DNA of 64,000 bases. Source: Podarcis vaucheri. Lineage: Eukaryota. The notes under the pieces were generated by a model, which was not told the DNA's origin, searched no databases, and saw only the letters and a list, made by a program, of their open reading frames with translations. Made by a program: the position numbers and the translations under genes. This document shows positions 23,274 through 37,824 of this stretch, one piece after another (the first letter of the stretch is position 1; each line of letters starts with the position of its first letter). The stretch lies in NCBI GenBank assembly GCA_965113315.1, contig OZ220382.1; one strand, 5' to 3'.

Positions 23274-26200
23274 TTCTAGGTTTTCTGTTTAAATTAATAA
23301 GGTTCTTATTTTAGGCTCTACTCAGAGCACAAAGCTGAGCATGTCCATGCCAATGATGAAGCTCCTGATTCAAAGCAAAAAAGGCAGAGTTAAAAAAAAA
23401 AAAAGATAAAGGAGTCATCAAGGGGCTTCCTAGCAAGTTATTATGATTAGAGCTCTTTCTCCCCCCTCCCACCCCCCGGTATGGTTAAAGGAGAGGATAT
23501 CTCTTCAGCTCCCACATCAGAGAGCTCCTTGATCAGACCTGGTTCATCAGGCATCACAGACTGCCTTGATCAAACTCTTGATTGAGATGCCACCGCTCAA
23601 TTGTCATTGATGTTAATGTTACTGCACTCACTTTCATTTCTCCTGGTAAAAATTAGGATCTGATGCCCAACAGTTAATGCGAACTTCTTCTAGAGTTAGA
23701 AATCCCATCGCAATTCAAGGGATGTATCTCCTTCTCAGAGACATATTCATAAATTGAGGAGGAGATAGGCCACTCTTTAAAGAGAAGGGAAAGGTAGTAC
23801 AGTACTGAATGGTGCCTAGGGTGCTCAAGAATTTTATTTGGACCACATTTTGAGGTGAATTGGCCTGATTCACAGTTCCTGGACTAATAGACCAGAATGC
23901 ATTTATCTTTCTTAGCAACAAAGGGTTGTTGTTGTTTTTATTGTTGAACTATGTATCAGAGGTTCTGCTATTAGGAATGGGTGCAGATCAGTCTATTTTT
24001 CGATATGTTCATAAATCCATTCCATCCTGCTTCTTCTGTTTTTAAATCTGGGTTTAAAAACAAATTTGCATGGAAAATGGTATCTAAATCCACTTTTTGA
24101 CCATATTCTCTCACAAAATGTACATTCCTGCAGTATTGTCTCTAGATGTATGTCATACTAAAATACACTTTTTGGTACATTTTAGCTGAGACCTGCACTG
24201 CAAAATTCAGGAAACGGGAAAAACAAATCTGAAGGATAATTGCATTCTAATCACAAAATCTGGGTTAGGTTGACTCATACTGGAATTCACAAAGAATGAA
24301 CCCTTCAAGCTAGAGATGGGTGAATCTGTCCATTTCAGTTTCAGTTTCTGATTTTTTTCAATCTTGAGTTCAGTTCTCCACATTGTGCACACGTAACACC
24401 TACCCCCTAATAAAACATACCTATCACAAATTTTGAAGGAGAGCTGAGCTTCAGTCTCCATGTTATTCTCGAAAGTATGACTTAGGTAGTTTTACATGCA
24501 AAATGCAAAAACTGAACAACAATTCTCCCCCATCCCTTTGTCCTCAAAACAACAAATGGGTGATCAGTTGGCATAGCCTTAATTGTATCACTGAGAGTAC
24601 AGTAAGGGTTGTGGTGGTGGTGGGGAGATCAAGCTGGTTCATTACATTCTCTCTCTTCCTCATTTATGTCACTTGAATTTCCCTTGTACACCGGCAACCA
24701 AGCCTTACTAATTCATCAGCAGTTACTTTAGCGGGAATGTAAATCAATTTGCTGTTATGAAATACCTATAGACGGGGAATTGGGTAGCAGGTCTATTAAG
24801 CCATCCATCAAAAAAATTGGAGAGTCTGCTCACAATAATTGAGGATGAGGGTGAGCATTGATTTAGAGGCAGATGAGCAAAGGACAGCCTCTGATTTTTA
24901 TCTAAGCTCTCCTGGGTGGCTCAGTACCAAGCATAGACAGTTAAGTTCAGACAAGGACTATGAAGCAAAGCTCTACATATGCAAGCTCTTCTGTTGTTGT
25001 TTTTTCTACATCTGTGATTACATTTATATCCCACCTTTCCTCCAAAGACCTCAAGGTGATGGACATGGTTATCTCCCTCCCCCATGTTTCCTGACGACAA
25101 CCCTGTGAAGTAAGTTAGGCTGATAGGTGGTGAATGGCCCAAGGCCACTCAGTTAGCTTCATGTCTGGATTTGACACCTGGCCTTCCGGGTCCAAGTCTA
25201 ACACTCTAACCACTAAGCTACACTGGATCCTCCATGAGTAATTCTTTCCCATGAAGATAAATGCTCCAAACACTGCCTCGAACCTGAAGGTGGTCCCGAG
25301 TTCAGCAGATATCAGTGCCTGAGACTGGCGCCACAGGAGGTTTTTGCTATCCTTGTATCCATACTTAAATCCATCCTTGTATCCATACTGATATCCATAC
25401 TTAAAAACATATGGGGCTGCATTGCTCTCCTGCCTTCCCAACACTGTATGTCACTTACCAGTACCAAGTGGGAGAGGGACAATGCAGCAGGGAGTATGGT
25501 GCCGATGCAACTGCAGAGCCAATCCAGTACTCCTGATGCCCTGCCCACCCTATGCTGAGCTCCCCTGATGCCTTGCCCCACTCCTCCCCACTCTTGGTAA
25601 CCAGCAAGGATGTGCTTTGTTGGGGAGGCAGGGGAGCAACGCAGCCTCACCCATGTTATCCACTGTTATATATAGGTTGAGTAGGCATTCTGCAACCAGT
25701 GAAGCAGGAACACAGGCAGGTTATGCTAGCCCCAATAAAAAAACCCACACTTGAATCAAAAGGGAGAAACCCTCAATAAGCAAACCATTTCCCCCCCCCC
25801 CACTCTCTGGGCACCTCTTGCACATCCACCATGTTAGGCAAAGTGATATGGAGACACCTGGGGCATGAAAATGGATGCCATATTGCTTATGTTCCCTATA
25901 TATGCTCCTCTTCGCTTTTACACATCCAGTTTCTTTTAGTCTGCTTTGTTGCGTTATCAAATGCACTGCAAGTTAAGAAGTATCTTGTTTGCTTAAGCAA
26001 GAGTCCACTATTCTGAATCTTATAGCCTTGTTTAGTGCTGCTTCTCATCAAGTTGTTCTGTTGAACTATTACCCTTCAACGGTATATTGTGTCCCAGTTG
26101 TGATGGGAGGTCAGGAAAGAGGGGTCCGTTTCCCTTGCTCTGTTTTTGAGACTTTGGGGCATGGATAGCAACCAAAAATATGAGGCTTGCTCTATCTGAA

Positions 26201-26574
26201 AGAATGTAAAAACTCTCCCTCAGGGATCCCTGTCCACTCTTCTGTTATTCACCGCTTTGATGGTTTCCTATCAATCTGCTTTCTTTTCCAACTCTCCAAA
26301 GCATGTTTCTATAGCAGCTTTAAATCCTCCTTTCTCCAGTCCCAAATCCCAAGATAAATACAGACCTTTCACCCTTTTCAAGTCTCTATCCAGCTTCCTG
26401 CAAAGTAATGTCAATGGAACAGAAGCTCCGGGTTATAAACAGGGAGGGGAGGGTTGCAGGTTGAGGTTATTTGTGACAACCCAATAGGCACTCCTTACTG
26501 GTCCCTGTTTATTCAATTTATTAACCTTTCCCTTCCTCTCTCTTTCACTCATGCCCCCACTGTTCACTCAGGTG

Positions 26575-26737
26575 CAGTGGCGTAGCGTGGGGGTGCAGGG
26601 GGGGCCGGCCGCACCGGGCGCAACATCTGGGGGGGGCGCTCGCACTTGCTGCTCTCTGCCCCTACTAAAATCCACGGGTTAGGGGGCGCAAATTACTTGC
26701 CTTGCCCCGGGTGCTGACAACCCATGCTACGCCACTG
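26575..26737. mobile_element. Young hAT MITE
   Basis: Perfect TIR CAGTGGCGTAGC...GCTACGCCACTG; perfect 8-bp TSD CTCAGGTG; CpGs retained. Confidence 0.93.
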
Positions 26738-28052
26738 CTCAGGTGTGCTTTAAGTATTCAAATACTACCATCTCTTGCAAGCAGTAGTTAGTTCCTCATT
26801 CCTGGTTTGCAACTCTTAGACCTATGTGAATCCACCCAAAGGTAAGAAATTACAGAGAGAGGGAGGTTCATGTCCCTTTCCCATGGTGGCGTGCAGTGAA
26901 ATTTTTTGTAGGGGAACAGTGCAAGGGCGATGGGGGGGCATATTGCGTGTGTGACGTCATGACATCCTGATGTGCACGTGACTATCGTGCCTCCCTCCCT
27001 AAGCCAGGTAGAAACTTCCCAGGCTTTGGGAAGGAGGTGCCAGGAGAACATTTAGGGGATGAGGCTAGTCCCACTACTCCACTGATCACACACCACTCCC
27101 CCCCCCAGCGTGTGTTTCCTTTGGATTGGGAAAGGCTGGAGGCTTGCACTACCTTTGTTGCGATCTGTTTGTTTGCACATTTATAGGCTGAGCAGGCAGC
27201 AAGGAAACACAGAAGTGGTAGGTTTGCTAGTCCCAAAGGAACATCAAGTTCTAGAATTCACAAACAAACAAAGACCTGATGCTCTTCAGAAATCTCAGTT
27301 TGTCACACTAGGCAAACCAATTTCAGTTCCTATCCTGGCAACTGAATGTGATTATAAACTGCTTGTAATCAAGAATTTCTTGCTGAGGCCAATTGCCAAT
27401 TAGCATCTGTTGCCCAGGTGCCCAGTATGGCTGGCACCTCAAGCATGCCCCTTAACACATTCTATGGGTGGCTGTGCAAAGTGGGAGGCTTTGACAAGCA
27501 ACCTCAGGTGTACAACTAGTTCTCATTATTAAGAGACACAGAGAGAATGGTTAAATGTCACTGTCTGGTAAAGACAGGAGTTGTGGGTGTTTCCTAATAT
27601 TCACCTCTGCACTGAACCTATTTCCCAGATGACAAAATGTGCTCACACCTAAATTTGTCCAGAAAGAAGAAAGTGCCTTCCCCAAGGGAGGGAGGAGGTG
27701 CAGAAGTGTGGTAGCTTCCCCCCACCCTCATCCTCACTGCTGCCATCTGCTGCATGTCCCCCAGTGATATCTGTCTGTAGCAAGGAAGCACCCTGTGCTC
27801 ATGGGAGCTCCAGCACATTTTTTAACCCTGGAGGCTTCCAAAATGCATGGGAGTGTCCATAAGTCCAGGAGATTTCCCTCCTGAGGAAACAGCACTGGGG
27901 AACATGCAGAGGATGAGAGTGATAATGTTTACCCGCCCTCCTTCATATTGGCTTAAGTCATATTCACAATACCTGGAGAGGGTTCATGAAACCCAGGAAA
28001 TGCACTCATTTCTTGGAACAGGTAACAATTAGCATTTCCCTCCTCCTATTTT

Positions 28053-28402
28053 GACCCGGGTGGCGCTGTGGTCTAAACCACAGAGCCTAGAGCTTGCTGA
28101 TCAGAAAGTCAGTGGTTTGAATCCCCGCGACGGGGTGAGCTCCCATTGCTCGGTCCCTGCTCCTGCCAACCTAGCAGTTCAAAAGCATGTGAAGGTGCAA
28201 ATAGATAAATAGGTACCGCTCTGGTGGGAAGGCAAACAGCATTTCCGTGCACTGTTCTGGTTCGCCAGAAGTGGCTTAGTCATGCTGGCCACATGACCCG
28301 GAAGCTGCATGCTGGCTCCCTCGGCTAGTAAAGCGAGATGAGCACCGCAACCCCAGAGTCGTCCGCGACTGGACCTAACAGTTAGGGGTCCCTTTACCTT
28401 TA
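28053..28402 (+). mobile_element. Full-length Sauria SINE
   Basis: GACCCGGGTGGCGCTGTGGTCTAAACC head, B box GGTTTGAATCC, (ACCTTT)n tail; TSD CCTCCTATTT at 28042-28051 and 28403-28412. Confidence 0.95.
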
Positions 28403-29832
28403 CCTCCTATTTCTCACTACCGCCTCCAGTTCCCAGATTCCACTATCTTTTCTACCATGGGCACCCAAACTTTCTTCTAGTGTGTCTCTAGCAATTCATT
28501 TCAGCCTGCTGAACCCCTTAGTGGCAAGGTTATGTGAGTAAGCATGAATGTTATCGTGTAACATGGGAATTTGGACACATGGAAGCTTGGTAACACATTT
28601 CCTGTTGCCTGGGCTAAGGGTAGGGCCCTCCATACGTTGACGGGTTCCAACTCCTATCAGCCCCAACTAGCATGGCCAATGACCAGGGACAATGGGAGTT
28701 GTAGTCCAGCAACCTCAATGGGGCCACAGGTTAGCTGACTCTGGCCTAGCCATGCTGAATCCTAAACTGAAGGCAGCCTAGTCATAGCAGTGATTGGGAA
28801 GGGAGCCATCTCTACCAACCTGCTATTATCCCAGTCTGCCATTTGGCCAAGTGTGGGGAGTTGTTCCTTCCTTCATTCTCGTGAAACTCGCTGTCAGAAT
28901 CAAAACTCTAATCAATCTGATGGGGAAACCAGGTAATTGTAATTGGCAGATGAGAGGACTTTGTATCATTAGATGAGATGTTGAAGTGCTTGGATTTGGT
29001 CCAAGGGTGAGCTTTCTGCTTCCTTTCCCAATTTGTTTCATTTGTCTGTGCCTCAGTTTCTCTGGTGAGAGTCTATGTACCTATCTAAAAAGGCTTAATT
29101 AGAGTTTGACAAAGCTCCCAGAGATCTTCAGATGAAACATGTTTTACAAATGGAAGATATAATTACACTACTTTAACGGTTATTATCGTCATTAAAACGA
29201 AAAGGCAGCTCCTCTTGTCTCTTCATTATAAAACTCTAAGACATGTAATCTAGGTCACTGCTAGAAGAAAGAGGGGGGGGGGAAATATCTGCTACTGTTG
29301 TGGGAGAAAAAGACTTTCTGCTCACTTCACAAAAAGTGAGGCAGCAGTTTGCCCTAAAGTTTTCAGGAAAAGACACAGGACTTTAACAACAATACAGTAT
29401 TGATAACAAGAAGACATTAGCAATAAAGTGGATAAAATATAACTATAACTGCAAAGGGTACATTTCAGCGAGATTTACAAAGAACCATATAGAACAACAA
29501 CAATTATTATTATTGTATTGCAACTGGCAGCAGACAGGTTTTGGGATAAGGTCCTGTTTTAAATATCTTCCTCAGATGATACCGCCTCAGAAACATGCCA
29601 GCGCCCTATTTGCAGTTTTCACAACTGGGAGGACTTCAGGAATGTTTATCTCGCAAAATAAATTGCTCAGTTCCAAGAGGATAACACCACTGCAAGTGTC
29701 CTAAATTGTACACACCTGACCATTATCCTCCTGGAATCACATAACTACTTTGGAGAATTTTGCCAGGCCTTGGAGGTTGACCTGCCAGGCTAAGCCACAC
29801 CCAAACTTTCCTGTGCCTCACATTATATAGGG

Positions 29833-29968
29833 CAGGCTTCCTCAAACTCAGCCCTCCAGATGCTTTTGGCCTACAACTCCCATGATCCCTAGCTAGCAGC
29901 ACCAGTGGTCAGGGATGATGGGAACTGTAGTCCCAAAACATCTGGAGGGCCGAAGTTGAGGAAGCCTG
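29833..29968. mobile_element. hAT (URR1/Charlie-like) MITE
   Basis: Same family as 23138 in opposite orientation; TSD ATATAGGG/ATAGAGGG. Confidence 0.88.
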
Positions 29969-30504
29969 ATAGAGGGCATCAGGCATGGGAAACTTCAAAT
30001 CTGCAGCCCAAATGGAGAATAATTGGGAGTGTGCTTTACATGTGCTCTTGTTCCTCCTTTCAATTCAAGCCAGCTATTCAAAGGATCTTCCTCTGCAGAT
30101 GTGAACCCCAAAGGATTTATTTCTTTTTACTTTGGATCATATGATTTCACTGTGATGTCAGTTGATTGAAAGGCCTATGCGAGGGAGACCTCAGGATTCA
30201 GCACCCCAGCTGAACCCTGTCCTCACCCCTGAAATATGACAATGCACACTCATGCTTGTCACCAGCAAGGGAAATCTGTCCATTTCAGTTGCTCTCCTTT
30301 TCTCATTTTTCCAATCTTAAGTTCAATTCTCCACAATAGCAAGTGCTTTTTTTAAAAAAAAAAAAAAGTCCTCATGACAATTTACCAGCATTTTAGTGCG
30401 CTTTCCTCCTACTATACAATGTTATATGCATTTTTTTAATATACACATTTTGCAAAGCAATTTTCCCTAATGTGTTTTTGTCTGTTATTTCATTAATATG
30501 TGCC

Positions 30505-30790
30505 TTTTCTTTTTCTTCTTTGGCGATCACTTGTAGCCAAGTAAGATTGTCTTCCATGAACACAGTTTTAACAATGAGTCCGTAAGTGACTGTGGAGGCC
30601 AATTCTGGATCCACACATCCTTCCACAGTGGGGACATTGGTTTCCGGGCAGGAGTTGATCACGGTGTGGATTTGCCAAACGTACTTTCTTCTCAGCACGT
30701 TTCTCCCTTGCGCCCTGAGTTCGAGTGTCTTCAAAGCCCATGACACCTTTAGTAAAGGCTGTTCTCCAATTGTATGCAGAACTGACCCTA
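30505..30790 (-). mobile_element. RTE-clade LINE 3' fragment
   Basis: C-terminal C2H2 motif CPHCGRMCGSRIGLHSHLRTH, short 3' UTR and (GAA)-rich tail. Confidence 0.88.
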
Positions 30791-32109
30791 GTATGTGCTT
30801 GTACACATTTCTTGACTGGAGAAAGGGTGGACGTGTTCCTGTATTGTTTCAAAAAGTGCAAATTAGAAAAGTTTGCCATTATACCTGAAACACATTTCTC
30901 CACCCATCCCTACCACCAACTATGCGTTTAACATTCAGCCTCATCCAGCTATGATCTCTGACAAGCAGACCTGCATAACGCACAAATTTACAAACACACA
31001 CTTGCCACACCTGCATTTCACATTCTTTTGGTACGCACTTAGCACCCCTTCAGTGTATTATACACCTAAAAATGTAATTAAGAAGTGGCCCATAGACACC
31101 TGAGCCAATATATCCAGTGCTATGCCTCTTCCTACCAACTGTTTTGACTGACCACAAACCATCAACAATTATAGGGTTTTGCTTTCTTTCTGAGGCTCTC
31201 GCCCTGTTACATTTTAATTAGCAGTTCACACCATGCCTCTCCTTAGTCCAAGTGGCATGCAAGGCTCGAGATAACTGACAGCAATCACTTTATTAGCAGC
31301 TTTGTGAAACCTCTTTGGTCTTCTTAATACACACAGAGAGACACAACCTGAAGCCACACCACCTCTACTGGTGTCATGGAAGGAGGAGACGAGGCAATCA
31401 TACTGGTTCCCATCATTATCATGTTTATCCTGCATCACAAGCTATCAAAGGCTCCCTCTACATGCATTTTATACTGTCTTATCATTGATGTTCTGTAATG
31501 TGTTCTTAACGTTGTACACCACCATGGGATCTTCTGATACAGGGCAGTACATAAATTGAAACAAGAGCAACAACAACTAAAAGTCATACTACAATTGGCA
31601 TTGGTCAACCATCTGGCTGCCATGCAATGTTCCAGTTACAGTTCCTGGAATATCTTGAAAGGCAGTGCTGCATATAATGTATCAAAGTAATCTAACCTAG
31701 ATGTTACCATAGCATGGACAACAGAAGCTGGAATATCCCTGTCCAGATGTGGTCAGCTGCGCTTCCAGCCAAAGCTGTGCCACTGCAGCCACTTGAGCAT
31801 CAGAATCCAGAGATATCAACAAGCAATGCAACTACTTCTTTAGAGGGAGTCCAACCTCATCCAGCACAGGACACACCCCACCCGTCTGGTCCAGGGAATC
31901 ACCTGCTGATAGTAGGGCTTGTTTGGGCTGAGTTTTAGTTTATTGGCTCTCATCCAGACCATTACTGAGGGAGGCATCAGTCTAACACACCCTGCAAAAA
32001 CCCCACACTGAACGTTTCATGGAGTCAAGCAATACTCTCTAAACACAACTCTCTGAAAGTGATTGTCCAAATGGGATCAGAAACACTGCACAGGGATGTC
32101 GGTATGTAT

Positions 32110-33230
32110 CTATCTAGAAAACTTGGTTTCATCCAAGAGAGCCTGGATCTGGCCCACAACTACCCACTTGAGAACCTTGCCTAAGAAGGGAACATTGGTG
32201 ACTGGTCAGTAATTATTTAGATTTTCTAGATCCACTGAAGATTTTGAAATCTTGCCAATACCTCCTTTAAGCAGGCAGGGAGCAGCCTTCTCACAAGGAG
32301 GCATTAATAAGTTCTGTGACCCAGCCAGCTTCCTAGCCTTTATCAGCTAAGAAGGGCAAGGGGCAAGAGTACTGGTGGTTCCCCAGGCCAAATGAAGCAC
32401 CTTGTCCACTTCTTCAAGCCTTGTTAGTTGAAATTCATCCGACACAACAGGACTACACAGTGCTCTGGACTCACCTGCTATGAGAGTGGAGTCAAGGTCC
32501 CAGCAGATGCAAACAATTTCATCCTCAAAATGCTTTGCAAACAAGTCACAGCAGGCTACTGTTGGTTCCACCATCTCCTTTGGGACAGACTGTAAAAGTC
32601 CCTGTACTACCCAGAAATGCTCGGCTGGATGGCAGAATGAGGATGTAATGGAAGCAATAAAGTTAGTCTTCTTTGCCGTCTTCACAGCCACTGAGTAGGC
32701 TCAATAATGAGCACTCACCACTGTCCAATTGCATTCTTCTGAAGTTATTCTCGCAGGCCATCTCCCAGCTTGCTTTGTTGCTCTAGGCTCCAGTGTTTAC
32801 CAAGGAGCCACTTGGGCTCTTTCAGGCAGGAGAGAGCACTCAGAAGTGATTGTGTCAACAGCCTGGGTCTTTTGTGTATTCCACAAATACACCAGTCATA
32901 TCAGCCAGAAAATCCCCTACAGCCACCTGGAAGCCGACTGGATCCATCAGTCTCTGGGGCAGATCATCCTAATAGGTGCTTGCCTGTGCAGAGGGGGAAA
33001 GCTGTTGAAAGCCTAAATCTCAACAAGTGGTGATCCCTCCATGGCAAGGGGCTATTGTTAATATCCACCACTCATAGGTCACCCTCTCCCTGCCCAGGGT
33101 GTGCCCTGCCACATGCATAGGATTGGTGGCAGCCCCATGGTTGCCTTGGAAGACCTGAAGTCGAAGCCCTTGGTGTGGATGTTGAAGTAGCCCAGATCAA
33201 TGAATAGTCCAACTCAGCATAAATCAGCTT
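32110..33230 (-). mobile_element. Degenerate L2 ORF2 fragment (end of endonuclease to start of RT)
   Basis: Remnants LGYFNIH (GDFNIH), HVAGHTL, F..HFEDEI..I, EEVDKVL...TTSTLAPCPS (LDPxPS) and NY.PV.N.PFLGKVL. Confidence 0.8.
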
Positions 33231-33829
33231 CCTATTTTTCTCTGATACCAATCAATATATTCTATATCAAAAGTTCCATAGGAAATGTCTTCAGCATTCT
33301 TTTGTTACCTGTCTCTGTCCAAACTTTTACTTTCATATTAAACAACTAAGTCTGGATCTTTTCATTCTGTTCTCTGTTATCTAAGTGTTACAAAGTTTCT
33401 TAATGACATTCTTTGGATTCAGAAACTCTGCATCTAGGTCAGCAGTTTTTAAAACTCCAGTTTCTCATTCATTACATTGCTGCTCCTTAAATCTGTCATT
33501 TCCTCTGTAATTTGAAGCAATTAAAGAAGGAGGTGGGGGAACCTTGTAGGATTCTGACTTTTCTCTCTCTTCTTGATCTGCACTTTCCGCTCTTTGTGAC
33601 ACTCATCACCCCACCATTAACCCTTCATCTTGTGCACAATATACTGCCTGGCCAAAGTGCCAGGACTTAACCTAACCCCTGTAAATGCTACACTGAAAAA
33701 GCAACCACTGAAAGAATCCCAGATGTACTTCCAAGCTTTGGGGGACACCCATGGATTCATAGCAACTGGTACTGGGCTATTTTGCAGCTCATAGAATGAG
33801 AACCAAGGGGGTCTGGAATAATCAATCAA

Positions 33830-34040
33830 TACTGCATTCTGGAACTAATCCTCAAGCAGGAGTGGAACCACCACCATCCCATCTTGGAAATCCAGGAAGA
33901 TACCATGCCAATGGTATCAAAAGCCAATGACAGTTCCAGAAAAAGTAGCAGGGTGACCCCTTGTCTCTCTTCCAAAATGTCACTCATGACTTTTTGGTCA
34001 ATTCTGTTCCCAAACCCAAACTGAAATAGGTTTAGATCAG
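33830..34040 (-). mobile_element. Degenerate L2 RT fragment
   Basis: LFQFGFG...GVTLLLFLELSLAFDTI resembles the L2 RT motifs PFQSGF...LLLDLSAAFDTI. Confidence 0.72.
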
Positions 34041-37000
34041 ACATGAAGAACCCATGGCCCTCCAACTCCCATCAGCCCCAGACAGAAAGACCAGGGGTGA
34101 TGGAAGCCATAGTCCCACAACATCTGGAGGGCCAAAGGTTCTCCACCCCTATTCTACACAAGTTGTGACACCACAACCTGCTAGACCACCTTGCCCAAAA
34201 TGGTGGTATTTGCGACTAGGTGGTAGTTGTTAAATATTCAAGAGTCCAGAGTGGATTTCTTAAGAAGTACTAGCACCACTGCCTCTTTCAAACCCGAATG
34301 TACCACCCTTTCTCATAATTCACTGCATCCTGGACCTGTTCAAGTCAACCCTTAGCTTATATAGTTCATAATGGACTAGAGTAAAGATGGCAAGTGGTCA
34401 GTGAAACAGCTGCAAGCACACAATGTCTACTGAAAAAAAGTTAAAAACTGAAAAATGATTCCACAAAATTGTACCAGATGGTACACTGGGTGCCTCTCCC
34501 AACTCTGTCAAAAATCAATGGCAAAAGTTAGCATCCTTTATGATGAAAGATCCATTCAGCCAAAATCTATGGAGCCTACTGCACTGGGAATTCAGGTGAC
34601 CAGAGGAAATAGACTTCCCATGATGCTTAAGTAATCTAAATGCACCCACAGACATTCTGTAGCATCCTTTTGCCTGAGACCCTTAAGGCATGAATTAAGC
34701 CATCTCCTCCATCCACAACAATTCCATGGTCACATGCAGGGTAAAGAAGAAGCTGGTGCTGGAGGTGCAACAGCAGGACTCATTCATTTTGTGACTTGAG
34801 TTAACTCTGTCAGTGTTAAAGTCAACTAGACAAGAAGGTGATGGATGGAGTTGTTGCAACCAGGCAGAGAGGCATGATCTTTGCTGAGGTAGCACATGCT
34901 CTGATTGGTTGTATGAAGCTGAGTGAGAGTTTTCCTCTTGTATGTTTGCTTGAATATATCCCTGCTATATACAAGGTCTGGAATGAGAAAGACAAAACCT
35001 TTCTCCTCAAATACTGTTATTGTTCAGTTTCCTCAGTAAAATTTTATCAGGATTACTTTTCTCTCTGAACTCCAACTGCATTATTTAAGTGACTTTTCTA
35101 ACAGCTTGGATGTCCCAATTTATACCCCGGGCACATGGTTTCAGGATACATGAAGATCTTGAGTGCTACTGAGTATGATCAGCACATGAATTATATTTGC
35201 ATCCTCCCACACCAATCTTAATTTTGCCCATTAAATCCATGTGATCTTTTCTTCTCTGGATCTCTTTGTCATTTGCAATCAACGAGCCAGCCACCATCTG
35301 TTGAATGAGAAACATGGTTTCAGAAACCTGAAGACAATTTATGATACTTGACTCATTTAAAACCTGACCCTATTGATACTGAGCTCTACCAGATAACTGC
35401 AGACCTTCCAGTCTCTACCTTGGAAGAAACAGAAATAGAATGAAGAATGAGGGGGAAACTAGGATGCACATCAAAGTCCAACTGATTTCACTAGCTCTGT
35501 GTTGGGTCTGTCAATCTTCTGAAACAAGGCCACTTCTCAAGACATAAAAGAAAAAGAAACCCTGCCGTGAGGATGGCTTCAGTTCTCTCTCCCCAGCCCT
35601 CCTGTTTACAAAGTTGGGATGTCAAAATAGTTGGTATGGCTCCAGTATCAATAAATATATTCAGAATGTTGGCAGTCCCTCGACAACATAATGCCTGGAA
35701 TTAATTCAGAATTTGATACTTTGGATGTACAGAATAAAAATGCATGAACAGCCCCATGCCATCACCACCACCCACAGACAAACCTGTTTTGACCTTCAGA
35801 TTGATCTGATGGGTGCTTGGTCAAAATAAAGGCTCTTTTTGTATTATTCCAGATAACTCCCTTGTGACTTTCCTCTTATAAGACGGAGGGAGGGAAATAA
35901 AAAGATGAAAATGTGGGGAGGGGGGAGAAAACAAGATAGCTCTGTGTGCGTGTGATTTGACTTGTCGTTCCTAAAACTTACGTTTTGAAAGTTCTTTGAA
36001 GCTGTAAATTACAGATCTTTCCTATGAAAAGTTAATGAAGGCATCGAAAACCAAATAAAATAGAAATGATGACATGAAAGAGCCTCCTTATGGCTTCAAT
36101 AACAAGATAAACAGTTTAATATTCCACATTCCACATTAAAAATAACAGCTGAGCTCTGCAGAGACAACTCCCTGCACTGGATGAGGACTGGCTGGTGCGT
36201 TGTTTTGTTTCTAACGTTAGGAAAAGAAGAAAATTAAGGCAAATCATAATACACATATTCACACACACATACACACACACACTCCCTTCAACACATTACC
36301 TGCCGTCAAACCCATGATGTCTGGAAAGGAAATGACACCTGCTAAGTTTACAGCATACAAGGAAAGTGTTTAAGAAATACAATAGGCAAGTGCCATTTCC
36401 CAGCACACTTTGCCAGTCTCCTAAGTGATAGACTTGGCCTGTATTGTCAGTCTAGCATTTTAATGAGCAATGTCTGTTTCAGACTGTATTGATTGCCTTT
36501 TCCTTCCTTCTTCTCCAGCTCAAAGGAGAGGTAACAAAGAATCAGTATTTCATTAAAGTCAAACTTGTCCAGTGATATATATTTTATGAAAACCTGCGAG
36601 TGAACATGTCCTGTAAAATAACCAATTAATTTAGCTGTGTTAACATGTGGGATGAAACCTTAGAAAACTTTTCCCTTTGTTCCAAAAGCTGGATCTGGAG
36701 GAGGATCATTGATAATACAGTGTCAACAACCTAGACTTTCTTCCTGATGTGTTCCTTTTAATTCTGTGGGGTTTTTAAAATCTTCTTTAGATTCACAGTT
36801 TAACTAACAACTTATATGTGTGGTGTGAGTATATATACACACACATTCATATCAACTATCTGAGAACAGATGAAAGTGTTCTTATCACTTCATTTTCACT
36901 GCTGCCTTTTTCCCCAAAAAGAAAAAAGGAGAGCAATGTTTTGATGTTCTGCTTCAATCCTTTCCTCAACATTTGCATCCATTTTATTCAGCTATTTTAA

Positions 37001-37824
37001 ACTGACCCTACCCCAGTGCACTACCACGTGAAGCACTGCCCTAGTTACTATTGTCACTGAAGACTAAACAGCAGGTGCCATGAAATCTGGACTGTGCCAC
37101 TTCAGGCAGAAGACAGGGGTTTAAGTGCCTGAATGCTCAGGCACACAAGCTGGGGAACCCCAACTCCTTATAGAAAACTAGAGAGCTGTTTGGGTCCTAG
37201 CCCAATTCACAATGACTCAATTGTGTTAGTTGATACCCAGCCTTTCCATGTTGAAATTGGTTTCTAGGCACATTTGGCTGAATGTGTGAAGAAGCCTGCA
37301 AACATTCAGGAACCCTAGTAATGCAGAGTTCCTGGTTGCAAGGAGGCACCTAAGTGGGTTCAACTAAACTTGTTCAGAAACACCTTTCAGATTTTCCTGC
37401 TCAGTGCAGGAAGGTTGGGTGTGGATCTCGCACACGCAAATATGTTGGGGCTGGGGGGCAAAGTATGTGGTGCCCAACCTCTTCCATGAGTTGAAAATAT
37501 GGGGTGTTCTGTTCTGGTTCCAAAGATGAATATAGCATAGCAGGTTAGTTATGGAAGCACCACACAGAGCTCCAATGAAGGATGAGCAACTTTCTCTGCT
37601 GGGATCAAAAGACCAGGAAGCCTGGTCCCAAAGGCAGGAGCATAGAAAAGCCATAGATACAGGAAAATGGCAGAGCTCAGGAAAGTGTTATTGCTTAAGC
37701 AAGGCTCAAGGAGAACAGAGAGCCTTCTTATCCCCCTTTCTGCCCAGAAGGATGCAATGGCAAGAATGGGTGCCTGGAGTCCCTTCAGGGATGTTTTCAT
37801 TTCAAGGAAAGACAGGTGAGAGGT

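Noticed and set aside
25345-25405. ~12-bp tandem repeat giving KYGYQYGYKDGFKYGYKD
   Set aside because: Short local minisatellite without gene context or spacers; not CRISPR-like. Similar local duplications occur at ~5225-5300 and 45466-45495.
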